Origin: Marsupella aquatica
Lineage: Eukaryota; Plantae; Marchantiophyta
Assembly (NCBI GenBank): GCA_973895155.1
Contig: OZ316892.1
Span: forward strand, 22,421,168-22,485,167
Direction of reading: 5' to 3'
DNA: 64,000 nt
The translations under genes were made by a program, and so were the position numbers. The notes beneath the pieces were generated by a model. The model saw nothing but the letters and a program-made list of their open reading frames with translations, did no database searches and was not told where the DNA came from. This document shows, piece by piece, positions 22,946 through 34,468 of this stretch; position 1 is the stretch's first letter; every line of letters begins with the position of its first letter.

Positions 22946-25900
22946 TTTCAAGCTAGCACGAACATGTGCCAAGCTTGGATCTACTGTACCATCAATGTTG
23001 GGAAGGTGTCATGGTGCACAATTGCGCACATGATCCTTCCAAACCATACCATCGCGTCCCTCCAACATCAGGACACCAGAAGGCAATACTTCACGCACAC
23101 GTAAGATTGTCCGGCCTGCGGTCACATCAAGTGTCGTGGGTGCTATCTGCTGCAAATAAATATAATCACCAGCATGAAATTGCCGAATGCTTGCACGGTA
23201 ACCTCCTCCACGAATAGTGGCATACCTCAAAGTATCACGATGTTGGGCAATGGCAAGGTTGTCGAAAGCCATGGGCATCACTCGCTGAAATACCCATGCT
23301 CTCTCTAAACACACCTTGACCCAAACATCAGGATCATCCAAGTTCACAATTGATGCAGCATCATGACGAATAGCTGCTGACAAATCTGGCTCTCTACCAT
23401 AGAACAAAAATTAAGGTGAGAAGGATGCAAGTGATGCTTGCCGACTGAAACGGTAGCCCATAGCTAACCAAGGTAGCTGGAGATCCCAATCTCCCAGATG
23501 ACCAACTTGCAAGCCATACTTACGCAATCCTCTCTTCAGAGTTTGCACAACTCTCTCAGCTAATCCATCTGCCTCAAGATGATCACGAGAGGTAGTACGA
23601 TGATCAATCAGAGCTTGTTCACACAACTCTCAAACTCTCCATGGAACTCAGTTCCCTGATCAGTCAACACCTCAGCTGGTGCTCCAAAATGACTGAGTAT
23701 ACGATCCAAAAATGTAGCAGCAACTCCTCCACTGGCTTTATCTGGCAACGCCACTAGCTCAATCCACTTGGAGAAGTGCTCCACCATGACCAAAACATAC
23801 CGATTATGACGTTGGGTAAGAGGTAATGGACCAGCAAAATCCAAAATCCAATGATATCCCAAACCCATGATCGGCAACGGGTGCAACTGGGGAGTGGGAG
23901 CATTAAATGATGCTCTCACTCTATCACATACCACACACTTAGCTATCAACTGCTGGACATGAGTGTGCATACCACGCCACCAATACTGTGTCTGCTGCAA
24001 GCTGTAAGTGCACTTTACACCAAAGTGACCCAACTCCTCGTGCGTATGTCGCACCAAATGTACTCTCTGTGATGGTTTTGGGACCACCAACACTCTACCA
24101 TCATGCAGTACTCTCAAAAGATGGTTTCCCTCCCATCGAAACCTCTTGGCTCTCTGTAGAACCCTGTCACGTTCCTTGGCATCAACACTGCCAACAATAG
24201 AACCACTGCGCAGATATTCCAACACTCTCACACCATTGTGAATATCTTGCTGTCCAGTAGTTACCTCACTAACATCCACATCTGAAGACTCATCATCCAC
24301 TCCATCCAATGAGGTAGAGTCCACAGATCCACTGTATGCTGGCACCCAACAAAGAAAGGCAGATGCATGCCATCCTGGCACCATCTCCTTATTTGACTCA
24401 TCATGCCATCTGGCTCCAGTCTCATCTTGCTGACTGGTACATGGATTGCGGCTTAATCCATCTGCATCCAAGTTCACTTTTCCAGGCCTATGCACCACCT
24501 GGAAATCATACTCCTGTAACAACAATGCCCATCGTGCAAGCTTCCCTGTAAGCTTGTCAGACTCCATTAACCACTTAAGAGGCTGATGATCAGTGATCAA
24601 GGTGAAGGGGTTACCAAACAAGTAGCAACGAAAGTGTGCAACAACCCACACTGCTGCCAAACACTCTCCCTCATAAGAGCTATACTTAGCCTCTACTGAA
24701 TTGTTTGATCTACTGGCATAAGCCACAACAAACTCATTCCCCTCATCATCCTTCTGAGTCAGCACTGCTCCAAGTCCTACTCCACTCCAATTAGTGTGTA
24801 GCTGAAATGGTCTGCCTGAAATGGGTCTTCTCAAAATAGGGGATGATGCCAACCTTTGCTCCAACTCCTGAAAGGCATGCTCCTGGTCATCACCCCAAAT
24901 CCATTCATGATCCAACTTAGTGAGTATGGTCAAAGGTTTAGCAAGTTGGCTAAATCCTTTAACATACCTCCTGTAGTAGCTCGCCAATCCCAAGAATGCA
25001 CGAACTCTACTCACATCAGTAGGACAAGGAATCTGTGTAATGGCCTCCACTTTAGTCTGCTGTACACCCAATCCCCCTGGGTATATAGTGTGGCCCAAAT
25101 ACTCAATCTGGTCTTGGAAGAACTTACACTTGCCAGGATGGAGCTTCAACCCATGTGCTCTCAATCTCTCCAACACAATCTGCAAGTGCTGCTGATGTTC
25201 TTCCATAGTAGAAGAATAGACCAAAATATCATCAATATAACATCTGACAAAATCCAAACCTGCAAGGATTCGATTCATGACTCTCTGGAACTCAACTGGT
25301 GCATTCTTCAACCCAAATGGTAAGAATAACCACTGATACAAATGATCTTTGCCATAAGAATCAATCCCCCAGAATGTTGTCTTGGACTTGTCAGCATGCC
25401 TAATTGGAAGTTGATGGTACCCTGCCCTCAGATCCAATGAACTGAAAACCTTTGCATGCCCCACAGCATCAAAGATCTCCTCAGGTGTGGGCATGGCATA
25501 TCGATCAGATTTTGTCTGGCGATTAATAGGTTTGTAATCACCACACATGCGCCTATCTGTATAATTGCCATGCACATCCTTCTTGGTTGGGCATCACTGT
25601 GGCAGATGCATACTCCCCATGATATGAAATCTCCACCAATCCAGTCTCCAACAAATCTTGAGTTCTGCTTTGAATCAGAGCTCTCTCCATGTCACTATAA
25701 CGGTATGGTCTATGAAAGATTGGCGCATCACTAGCCAATTAAATCTGAATACCAGGGCCCTTCAATGTCCCCAAATCCTTCATGCTGAATGCAAAACAAT
25801 TCCAATAACTCTTCAGAAATCGATGCATGCGACGTCTCTCCTCCCTTGTTAACTTAGGGCCAAGCTGTGGTTCCCAACTCTCCACCAAATCCCTAATATC

Positions 25901-26129
25901 TCTTTGTAGGGTAGAAGAGATACCTGATGATTGCCATTTAGCAGTAGATTGAGTAGTCCCTTCCTGCTCAACAATCTGTCCAGCCTTGGCCAATCCTACC
26001 ATAGGTCCATGGACTGTCTGCTCGCCCCCAGCTGTGGTCAATACTATCTCAGTGGACCGCAAGCTCACCAAGGGACAATCAGTAATTCCAGCAGAGCGCA
26101 TCCGCAATTGTTCAGCTACTCCCAAGCTG

Positions 26130-27075
26130 ATAATCCAAGTCAAACAATTCAGGTCCATTGCTTGACCAAGAACCTGGCGCCGCAAACCCTCTGACACAGA
26201 GGCAACTGCAGTGGTGCCAGTCAAAAATCCCATAGCACGCTCTCTCTCATCAGCAATAGGCTCCACTAACTGCTGGAGAGCTCTGTCCCACACAAGTCCA
26301 GGGCCACCTGCTCTGAATGCATATGAAGTAGAGTGGCTTACAAGAGTGGGTAATGCACAACGTGGGCGCCCAACTACATTGACCATTGCCAATGGAGGTC
26401 TATCAGGTTGGGTCACACCCTGTGCCTGACGCCCTAGATCCAAAATATCATCCACCACTAAGGCTGGTGAGCGTGGAATGCTGTCAAATGCGCGCTTCAG
26501 CACCTCACATGGGATCAAATTAGTCCACCACAAGCGTGGACGATGTGCATGAGAACCCACACGTGCAGCATCCAATAACACAGCAGGTCCAATCCAAGAC
26601 CTCACTGGTGAACACTGGCAACAATCCGACTATGATCATCACCTAACAATGGTACATTCTCCAAAATGTATGCTGGAGACTGTGTCTGATGTAGCTGGAG
26701 ATGACGCAGCACCTGTAACATCTCCCAAAACAATGCAGAGCGTGGATCATGAAGTCCATGCCCAATGCCAGCTCTAGATTGGCCTTGACATGGCCAACCA
26801 GCAATCACCAAATCAATGGGGCCAACACGATGTAGATGATCCGCCCCCAGCAATGAAGTATCAGCAGGTAGTGCATGCTGATAACCACGAACAACATCCA
26901 CTAGCAGCAACTGTGGATATCTATCCACCAACATAGTCACATGTCGCAATGAGACCCTCCGTGCTGTCTCATCTGTCTCCACATACAAATAATGACGCAC
27001 AGGAATTCCTGCCTGAAGAACAGCAGCCAATCCAGTGCTAATCCCACCAAAAAGATCCAACAAACAAATACCCTC
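26130..27075 (-). other. DNMT3-like C5 cytosine methyltransferase domain within pol
   Basis: Motif I LDLFGGI, II YVETD, IV GWPCQ (catalytic Cys), V SALFWE, VI ENV, VIII AHRPRLWWTNL, IX ERERAMGF, X RRQVLGQAMD; split by a 1-nt frameshift at ~26604. Confidence 0.92.
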
Positions 27076-28529
27076 TGATGGATATTGCCAAGCAATAGGA
27101 GTGGTATCCAACGGTGAAAGAGGCACAGGTCCATCTGCAAGAGACTGCTCTGCTCCTGACTGTGGTGTAAAAGCATGACGCCATGCATCATGTATCAATC
27201 GTGCTGCTGCCTGTGGCAAGGCCTGTGCAATGCCCCACACTGGTGGCACAACACTGCCGACAGGTAATCCTCGCATGATGTGCTCCTCATGAGACTCCTC
27301 CAATGGTGGAACATTGGCTGCATGCGCATTACCCTCAATCAAATCATCAGGTCCAGCAATTATACCACTGAATGCTGCCAAAGACAATGGTATGGATTTA
27401 GGGCCTCCCACAAGTCCACTAAATCTCACTGGCAATTTTCTCAATCGAGCATCTCTTGACTGCCAATCAGGTCTATATGACACTGATTCCTCCCAAAAAT
27501 CAAGAATAAATCCCATGGGGTAGAGCACTGTACATCCCACCAACACATCATATGACTCTGCCTTAGTCAGAATAGCTTGCGCCTGTATCTGTGAGCTATC
27601 TGTGGTATGACCTTCCTGAATCCTCAAATCAAGTGGTCTCCTGGTGATATGCTGTGTAGGTGTAGGTCCCCCCAATGAAGTCTGAATGGGAAAGGGACAA
27701 TCATCCAAATCCTCTGGACGCAATCCCAATCCACGTATGGCAGACTTCCCCAACATCAAGGGCTGAGCACCAGTATCCAGTAACACTCTCTCTGGCTGGT
27801 ATACTGCTCCAGAAGGCCCAACTAATCGGAAGATACCACTCCGATTATCCAATGACACAACACTAGGTTTAAACCTAGTCCTCTCAAATGTAGGGCGTGC
27901 TGGTAAATCCACCAACCTTGCTGCTGCTGCATGCCATGTCTCACTAGTAGCAGTAGGTGGTATGGTCTTCACTGCTTCAACACTGCAAGTTGCTTCTGCA
28001 TGGGAAGCAACAACTGGAGTGTCCTCACAGAGTGTAGCTGCCAATCTGAACACTTCTGCAGGACCAACTCCCAAGTTCAGCATGTCTATAGCTGAAAATA
28101 ATGGGGTGCATACTATGGCAGTAGCCACCCCCAACAGGGTACCTAACATCCCTACTGTATCACTACCGGATTCTTCCAACTTACCCACGCCAGGGTTTGT
28201 CCGAACCGGGTTCATAGAGGCAATCTGAACTGTCTCTAACAATGTAAAAGACTGAGGAAGCTTTGTTTGTCGACGTGCATCCCCCCTCTGTGGATCTAGC
28301 TCCACTACTACTCTTCGGGGCTCAAGAGCTTTGGCTGCCCCACGTGTCAAAGCTGCTGATGCATCAATATGTGCAGTGCCACACATGAATCTCATGGTGG
28401 CAAGATCTCCATCAGCTCCATAAGATGTGGAAGGACCATGGGATGTGGAAGGACCATGGGATGTGGAAGGTCCATAGGATGTAGATGCCCCATCACCCGA
28501 AGTAGGTCTCACCTGGGAACTAGCCATGG

Positions 28530-29950
28530 CAGCTAGCTCTCCAATTGAGCAATCTTAGCATCCTTTGGATCTATGGTTACAGCAGGGGCAGCGTCACCTC
28601 CATGTCTCCCTGCATGTGGCATGCCACGACCACGTCCACCACCTCTACCTCCTCCTCCTCTTCCCTGATCATGTGTACGGGATCCTCCCCTCCGTAACTC
28701 AGGGTGGAGTGAGAAACACCTATCCTTGGTGTGTCCAGGAGCTCCACAATGATCACACTGTCGCTGATCAGGTGATCAGGTGCTGATGCTCCCCCTGATC
28801 CTCTATGATCTGAGCAATATCTCTATGCATGATCCCCACCACAGGTCCAACATCCTAACTGCTGTCCAGCATAAGAGGGCACAGGTCTCTGGCTGGTAGA
28901 CTCTTGTGCAGTAGGCTTCTCCCTCTGGCTCTTCCGTGCAGTAGGCTGTGGTGTAGATGTAGATGCAGCCTTTGGTGCTTCCTTGGCAAATCTGAAAGTC
29001 ACCACCTTCTCATTCACCATATTGAGCTCAATACGCTCAAAAAGGGTGAAAACAACTGCTAATGTGGGATCTGCATCCCTAAGCAGAGTGACATCTCTCA
29101 CTCTATGTCGCAATTCTCTGTCCAGAATTGCATACCAAAATTGGACTGCTTGAGCCTCTGTCACTCCCTTGGTGACAGTGATCAATCTGCGCATACGAGT
29201 GTATGCCTCACGTAGACTCTCTCCAGTCTTGCGCTGGAACGCCTGGAGACCCTTCAACTTATCACTTCTCACACCCTGATAGTTCTGCTTCAGTACCTCA
29301 GAGAATTCCACCACAGGATTAAATGTTGGCGCAACTCCAGTTCCTATCACAATCACACCGGCAGGAGTAGCGGTGGATGCTGCTGGAGTGCTGCTGGTGG
29401 ATGGTGTGCCACTCTGGCTAGTGCTGCTAGAAGAGGCAGCAGTTGTGGCAATGGGTTGGGCAGCCGCACTAGTGCCATAGGTGATGGACACGTAATTAGG
29501 TGACCAATGCTGCCTCCATGCCTCAATCTCAACCAAATGAGCCTTCCGAAACTCATGGTAGTCATCCATGGGTGGCCCCTCCAAATGCTGAAATAATCCC
29601 TTCCATGCCATGAAAGGGGTAAACAACATGGCCTTACGCAATGTCTGCATATCGCACCACGTAACAAACTCCTGGATGAAGTCATCCAGATCAATTGTGC
29701 CAACTGCACCAGAGTATCGTCGTGGGCCCTTTGTAGCCCCATACATCTCGTCCATATCCCACAACAAAGGTGCAACCACCTGATGATGAGGAGAACTGGT
29801 CACTGAGTCCTCGTCAGAATCACTGTCTGAAGCTGCACTGATGACTGCTACCAATACTGCTGGCCAAAACTGCGCCCCACTCCGAGTGAAACCGGTCCGT
29901 CATCCATCGGGTAACCCAGCAGCACCAGAAGAATCCGTGGTGACCAACCT
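28530..29950 (-). pseudogene. gag: Gypsy gag with two zinc knuckles (stop and frameshifts)
   Basis: Retrotransposon-gag-like FQRKTGESLREAYTRMRRL; knuckles CWTCGGDHA*RYC (28852-28814) and CDHCGAPGHTKDRC (28757-28716). Confidence 0.8.
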
Positions 29951-31687
29951 AACCTAATCTATATGCTAACCCTAAGGGCAACCTGTCCCTGTCAACAACA
30001 CAAGCACTCACCATGATGTGTTGGGCATCACTCCAACATCACCAGGAGAGAAATATGTAGCACAACTAGAATGTCCGGTCGCAAACCCGGATCACTCCTA
30101 TAGAATCAAGTGCCCACGCCAAACCAACATGGCGCATAAACAGGAAGCATGTGTGGAGAGGATCCAACAACAAGAAGAGGATTTACCACAACTCTCCACA
30201 CCAATCAATCAGAAATACATGAAAATAATGTACATATAGTTCAATGTAGGGCCTTTATAATAGGCCTCAAGAATCCCGCGTCAAATATTCAAGAATCCAT
30301 CGCAAACTAGCTAAAACAGAGTATCTAGGTGAATTCAAAAGTGCATAAAACCCCTAGGGCCTCATTCCTTGGACACCAAGTGTGGAAGGAAGCATGTACA
30401 ATGCACCACATAGGAACTTGCTAGTTAAGCGCATGAGGGGAGGAATAGCTTTGGGATGGTTGACCTCTCACTTGTTATTATGCACCAAATCTGCCACTCC
30501 AAAATGGCAGCACTTGCAATTCTCCTCACGTACCAGCAAGCTGGCTTGCTGGCCCGCCCGCTCCTGCTCCGCCCTCACGCCCCTCATCTCGAGTAACCAC
30601 GAGTTGCCTCGAAGCCTCGAGATGAGCCAAAGAGTGAGCCCTTCACGCCCGCTACGCCAAGTCCAGTGCACCATTCGGACTTCTGGCCCTTGTTTCCCTT
30701 CGCAGAACTGCACGGTAGCGGCGTACACTCTGTCGCAACTTCTGCGCGGTAGCGGCGTACACTCCATCGCAACAGCAATCCGCGGATGCTGCCACCGCAT
30801 CAACATACTGTCTCACAAAAATGCAACTCGTCGGTTGAAATCTCGCAACATTCGGGTCTCAATCCCTCAGTTTCCTTCAAAGAAACACGTCGCGAAATGC
30901 AGCTTGACTTCGCGTCAACCAACACTTAACCGAGCGCAAAATCAGCAACATATGCAGCTGCGGACAGTCGCTTTCTTCACACCAAACTTGGTCCGCACAG
31001 ATCAGCATACGGAAGAACTAGACAACAATACGGCCGCACCTTGCAGATCTGCATACGGACAAACTAGATAGCAATACGGCCGCGCACTTCGCAGATCTGC
31101 AACCGATGACACCATCAGAATGTCGTGTCCTTCACAAAAACAGCCACCGCTTCACAGGATAGAACGTTGCCGCACCCGATCTGCTTGTAGCCAACTGATA
31201 CAACTCAAACACGTCGATCTGCAACCAAGATCTGCACACTGTCGACAGATTTGTGCATACAGGCTACAGATCCGCCAAACCTCCAACTCCAGATCCGCTC
31301 AAGAATCAAACTCACAGGATCTCAACTTGGATCCACATGCCGGCGATCCAATCAAACGATCCGAGATACCACGAACCGTCGCTGAACACAATCAAACTGA
31401 AAATCGAAGCTCTGTCCAACAACAATAGAGTCCGATGCCTGATCTTTCAATGTAATCTCAATACAATCGGCACAACGATCCCGGTCAACAATACCCCATC
31501 GATCCCGCACCGATCCGATCACACATGTATGTCAAGCCAACGCACCTTGCACTACTCAAGAAATCCACGTTACACAAGCGGAGCTCACAGCCACCATAGT
31601 CACTCAAGCTCCTCTCTCTCCAAGGCTCAACATTGAAAGATGACCTTTCAATGCCTCACAAGTGAGAAGTACCCTCTCACACAAACC

Positions 31688-31779
31688 TGACGGAACCTTA
31701 TCGGCTCCAATAGCACTCATACCAAACGTACATACTCTAATAGCATGATATACTACTACACTACTTAGAAGGTGTGACA
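31688..31779 (-). repeat. 5' LTR (92 bp shared with the 3' copy)
   Basis: TG...CA; differs from 12130-12224 by a few transitions (two at CpG), two small indels and a mismatch cluster in the 7 terminal bases. Confidence 0.75.
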
Positions 31780-32631
31780 AGCTTCCAGAAATTAGGGATC
31801 ACAATGTAAGATAAACTCTGGCTATCATTCATTTACAAGTTATCCAAACAACACATTTTTGAAGAATTTTACTACAAATGACAGGGGTTGTCTTACAGAA
31901 TATGCATCTGTGAACTTCTCGCAAATGTAATCTTCAGCATCACACCCGGCATCACACGTTGTCCAACACCAGTATAGACTACATTTCAATCTTAACATCT
32001 AAAACTACAAACACAAAAGAGATGGGGTCCACCAACTAATTTTCAATATGTTTAGTAAACCAAAGTATATTAAGTTTCATAATGAGCACATCCAAATCTT
32101 GAGTGTGCATTCTTATCCATGGATGAAATTGGGTGAGAATTACAAGGAGAAAAATCATGCAGGGCACACATTAAGTAGTGCTGAAGGTCTTGAACACTCT
32201 ATTGTGTCTAAGTGTAGGCTCTCGGGAAGACACCCCAAGCCTGCACTTATCCACATCATGCACTATCATAATGTCATAAGTGGATGTGCATGTTTCACTT
32301 TCCAATAAGTGCAGGTGAAATCACTTATGCACTGCTGCAAGTGTCTTGTTAGGTCATAGACATGGACTCCTCATATTCAACTGGATAAGTGATAAAACTA
32401 TCGTGTGTAGCTGTTCAGTGCACTGTCTTAATATCAATAAATGCATATGTGTTTCAGGAATTGATTAATGTATATGCACTCTTATAGACAAAACTTATGT
32501 ATTTGTCTTTTAGCAACGTCACCTGCACCCCCAAGTGGTGCAGGTTTGGGTGCATTAACAAAGAAAAATGTCATGATATGAGGGGACTCGACTGTAGTTA
32601 TTGTTACTGGCAAAACACAATGCCGGCGACT

Positions 32632-32810
32632 CAGGACATGACATTGCGTCAGTGTTACGGAACCGAGGTTCGGAAGGTCTGCAGAATTCAGCAGGACATG
32701 ACATTGCGTCAGTGTTACGGAACCGAGGTTCGGAAGGTCTGCAGAATTCAGCAGGACATGACATTGCGTCAGTGTTACGGAACCGAGGTTCGGAAGGTCT
32801 GCAGAATTCA
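32632..32810 (+). repeat. Perfect 60-bp tandem repeat, 3 copies
   Basis: CAGGACATGACATTGCGTCAGTGTTACGGAACCGAGGTTCGGAAGGTCTGCAGAATTCA(G) repeated head-to-tail with no spacers. Confidence 0.97.
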
Positions 32811-34468
32811 AGCACGACGACAACAAGATGTCCCAAGTTATTGGACTTTTGCGCTTGTCAATGACAATTCGAATGGACCTGAGCCAAAGGTCGTATGTTG
32901 ATGATACGATGGCGACACAGAGCACAATACGTGTGCAAATGATGCTCGTCATGGGGTTGGCACAGCGCTCTGAAGAGTCAGGTAGAGTGCAGTCCACGTT
33001 TAGTCGGATCGAGGATACTGAAACCTGCTTGGCTGTAAAGTTATCTCTTGGATTAAAGGCCGAATTGAGGTGGCGATTTGGATTCCATGTCGTTCACTCG
33101 AGGAGAGGTTCAGAGGGTTCACACAGTAGCTCGACAGGGTGTCAGGGCCAGGGAAGGAGCAATCAGCAATGCAAGGCAAGGCTTGGAGGTTAGCTTTCTC
33201 ACTCTCTGTCTCACTGTGCATGTCTCTGTTTGTGTGGGTCTCTCTGTTTGTCTATCTAGTCAGGGTTTCTGTGCTTCTCTCTGTTTGGTCTTTTCTCTTT
33301 CTTTTCCTTGTGTTGGTCTCTCTGTGTTAGTGTTTGGCTGTCTCTCGGTGTCTTTGAGGATCCACGCCTCTCCCTCTCTTTCAAAGCATTTCATTGACTT
33401 CCTCTGCGTGGTTCTCCATTTTGGTCTGTGGAGCTTTAGGGTCGGTGTTTCTCTTTGGCTGTTAAATTGATCGCTCGGGTTGAATTGCTATTCTTCAATC
33501 AAGTGTATTTCTGGTACTTTTGTCCCGGACTGTCTAATTCCTTTGATTTCTTCGGGCATTTCAACAGCGGAACCTGTGCCATGCATTGAGGCATCCTGTC
33601 CATGAACCACGATTTCTGAGGGAGAGAAGGAAGCCAACTCCCTACAACATCCCGATTTGGGGTGGATTTCTGATTGAGCTTCTTCCATGGGTTGTTCTGA
33701 AGAGCTTTTGCGTTCCGTTCATTCATTTCCAATTGTGCTACTGAAGTTCCGTAAAAGTAGGGAAATTGGACTTCGCTGGTGCTCTATTCCACAATCCCAA
33801 ACTGCGGATATGACTCTTTTGTCCCTGAGCGATCACACAGCATACAATTCAATAAATTTTTGCAAAAAATTGAGCAGGGTGGGTTGAGTACATCTCCTCT
33901 TAGTGGAGGGAAGTTCATGTATCGCTCCCTGACCTTCTCTCGAGAGAAATTGCAAAATCGAACTCCACAATGCCCCCTGGTCTAACAGGACCGTGGGACA
34001 GAACGTCTAGAAATTGGAGCAAGTTTGAAGACTCAAACAAACCTTCGTAAACACAGTTCAAAGAATCTGAACCAGCTCTTCGGCTCCTGGGTTTAAGCAT
34101 AGCAGAACAGGAAAGATTAACGTGTATCGTCTCTGCTTGTCGAGGGTTCAGGAAGGTAGAGAGTCCAAGAGGAGTGGCCAAAATTACGATGAAAATATTC
34201 CAGAGTTGGTGTGTCTTGGATGGTGAATAACGAGACAGACGGGAATAGACCCTAATCAGACAGGGGCGACGATGCATTTGCCTTGTGTGTGTTGGGGACA
34301 GCTTTATCTTGCCAGACTTGTAAGGGATGACATCTCAAGGGCTCAGAAAGAAAAGTGTACGAGTTTGTCAATCCAGGAAGAAGAAAGTTGTGTTGAGATC
34401 GATCCGTTGCTAAAGTCTCTGACAAATTACGTTTGTTTGTTATGCTTGACCGTTGTAGGTTGGGAGCC

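Larger units (their letters stand above)
22805..28527 (-). pseudogene. pol: Gypsy pol: aspartic protease, C5-DNA methyltransferase, RT, RNase H, integrase, PHD finger; several frameshifts and stops
   Basis: LLDTGA (PR); RRMCGDY, LDLRAGYHQL, PFGLKNAP, YIDD (RT); ECLA, TDH, ADGLSR (RH); HEELGH...CVVC, LDF, TDQG, AERVVQ (INT). Lesions at ~26604 (frameshift), 25739 (stop), ~25580 (frameshift), ~23625 (frameshift), 23411 and 23009 (stops). Confidence 0.93.
12130..31779 (-). mobile_element. Ty3/Gypsy LTR retrotransposon (about 9.4 kb without the nested CACTA) with gag and PR-DNMT-RT-RH-INT-PHD pol; decayed
   Basis: Domain order PR-RT-RH-INT; direct terminal repeats 12130-12224 and 31688-31779, both TG...CA; candidate TSD AGCAT/AGCTT (1 mismatch). 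Confidence 0.9.

Noticed and set aside
26600-26606. Programmed frameshift within the DNMT domain
   Set aside because: No slippery heptamer; loss of one G from CAG-GTG explains it, and the element has several other random lesions
26130-27075. Bacterial restriction-modification methylase or contamination
   Set aside because: The domain is embedded in the Gypsy pol frame, has DNMT3-like motifs, has no cognate endonuclease and is flanked by intron-containing plant genes
30382-31636. Antisense accessory ORFs (229, 102 and 127 aa) in the Gypsy leader
   Set aside because: No recognisable motifs, mostly non-ATG starts, and GC-rich sequence yields such ORFs by chance; not excluded but unsupported
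32632-32810. CRISPR array or repeat protein (ORFs 32482-32997, 32497-32901)
   Set aside because: There are no spacers; the ORFs are open only because the unit is 60 bp and stop-free
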